From positions 7,550 to 71,549 of the forward strand of contig DASPXJ010000062.1 of assembly GCA_035637355.1 (NCBI GenBank): a stretch of 64,000 nt of DNA, written 5' to 3'. Origin of the DNA: Gemmatimonadales bacterium. Its GTDB lineage: Bacteria > Gemmatimonadota > Gemmatimonadetes > Gemmatimonadales > GWC2-71-9. The translations under genes and the position numbers were made by a program. A model generated the notes under the pieces. That model had not been told where the DNA came from and made no database searches. It saw only the letters and a list, made by a program, of their open reading frames with translations. Below are positions 63,432 to 64,000 of this stretch, piece by piece (the stretch's first letter is position 1; the number at the start of each line of letters is the position of its first letter).

Positions 63432-64000
63432 TGCAAGCCGTGATCCTCGCGGGCGGCGTGGGCAGCCGGCTCGAGACGCTGACCGACGGCAAGCCGAAAT
63501 GCCTCGCCGAGATCGGCGGCCGGCCCCTGATCCTCCATCAGCTCGAGGCGCTGTCGGATCACGGCATCGGCCCGGTGTTGATGGTCGTGGGCTACAACCA
63601 CGAAGCCATTCGCGCCGTCGTGGGTCAGCGGGTCGAATACGTCGTCAACGAACGCTTCCGCGACACGAACAGCCTGTATTCCCTGTGGCTCGCGCGCGAG
63701 TGGATCAAGGGACCCTTCCTGTTGCTTAATGCGGACCTGTTCTTCGACCCCGAGATCCTCGCCCGGCTGCTCGAAGATCCGGGCAACGTGCTCGCCTACG
63801 ACTCCACGTCGTCTCGTGGCCGCGAGCAAACCAAGGTCGCGATCCGGGGCCGCAAGGTGATCGACTTGGGCAAGGATCTCCCGCCCGCGTCGGCGCGGGG
63901 AGAGAGCCTCGGCCTCCTGAAGTTCGAGCCCGACGGCGCGACGGCGATGCTCGACACCGCCAAGCAGCTGGTCGAACAGGGCCAGGAGCAGGCGTGGGTC
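63431..64000 (+). CDS. Nucleotidyltransferase (NTP_transferase/LicC-like), 3'-truncated by the window edge
   Basis: The ATG overlaps the upstream TGA. MQAVILAGGVGSRLETLTDGKPKCLAEIGGRPLI is the sugar/alcohol-phosphate nucleotidyltransferase N-terminal motif. The frame stays open to base 64000 (not in the ORF track). Confidence 0.7.
   Translation, partial: MQAVILAGGVGSRLETLTDGKPKCLAEIGGRPLILHQLEALSDHGIGPVLMVVGYNHEAIRAVVGQRVEYVVNERFRDTNSLYSLWLAREWIKGPFLLLNADLFFDPEILARLLEDPGNVLAYDSTSSRGREQTKVAIRGRKVIDLGKDLPPASARGESLGLLKFEPDGATAMLDTAKQLVEQGQEQAWV

Overview
GC-rich bacterial chromosomal window. Its gene content (T9SS parts, GWxTD protein, Oar-like TonB receptor, Myxococcus-like type IV pilus cluster) suggests an FCB-superphylum or Gemmatimonadota-like organism; this is inference only. 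Most long ORFs in the six-frame track are antisense or off-frame shadows caused by the GC bias. I kept one ORF per locus, using family motifs, signal peptides, G/C-rich third positions and ATGA/GTGA start-stop coupling.

Content from left to right:
1. A T9SS-related operon: 5'-truncated CTD cargo, PorV/PorQ-like barrel, GWxTD protein, lipoprotein.
2. ctaA.
3. A REP-associated tyrosine transposase (RAYT) flanked by REP hairpins and a 38-bp tandem array.
4. An APC permease.
5. On the minus strand, lptF, lptG and an Oar-like TonB-dependent transporter.
6. A roughly 2025-aa SprA-like T9SS translocon, translationally coupled to an M28 glutaminyl-cyclase-like gene.
7. comEA followed by a near-complete type IV pilus supercluster: pilB, pilT, pilC, pilS, pilR, a five-gene glycosylation cassette, pilA, a second sigma-54 two-component pair, fimT/pilV/pilW/pilX-like minor pilins and pilMNOPQ.
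8. A large lipoprotein, then aroC and aroK.
9. topA-trmFO-xerC-hslV-hslU.
10. An envelope-polymer operon: OM barrel, small Cys-rich protein, TagF-like transferase, ABC exporter and a 3'-truncated nucleotidyltransferase.

I found no rRNA, tRNA, CRISPR array or prophage. I also see no unmistakable, wholly new multi-gene system.

The observations most worth follow-up:
- The GT2 + three GT-C + methyltransferase cassette wedged between pilR and pilA.
- The sprA-cyclase coupling, together with Gln at +1 of almost every signal-peptidase-I substrate in the window.
- A family of short-period (7/10/20 nt) tandem arrays, often arranged as long hairpins, both between genes and in-frame inside genes.
- A 43-bp hairpin element present in two copies: one inside ctaA, the other forming a kinase stop / regulator start junction.

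All coordinates and motif matches were read by eye. No database search was run.
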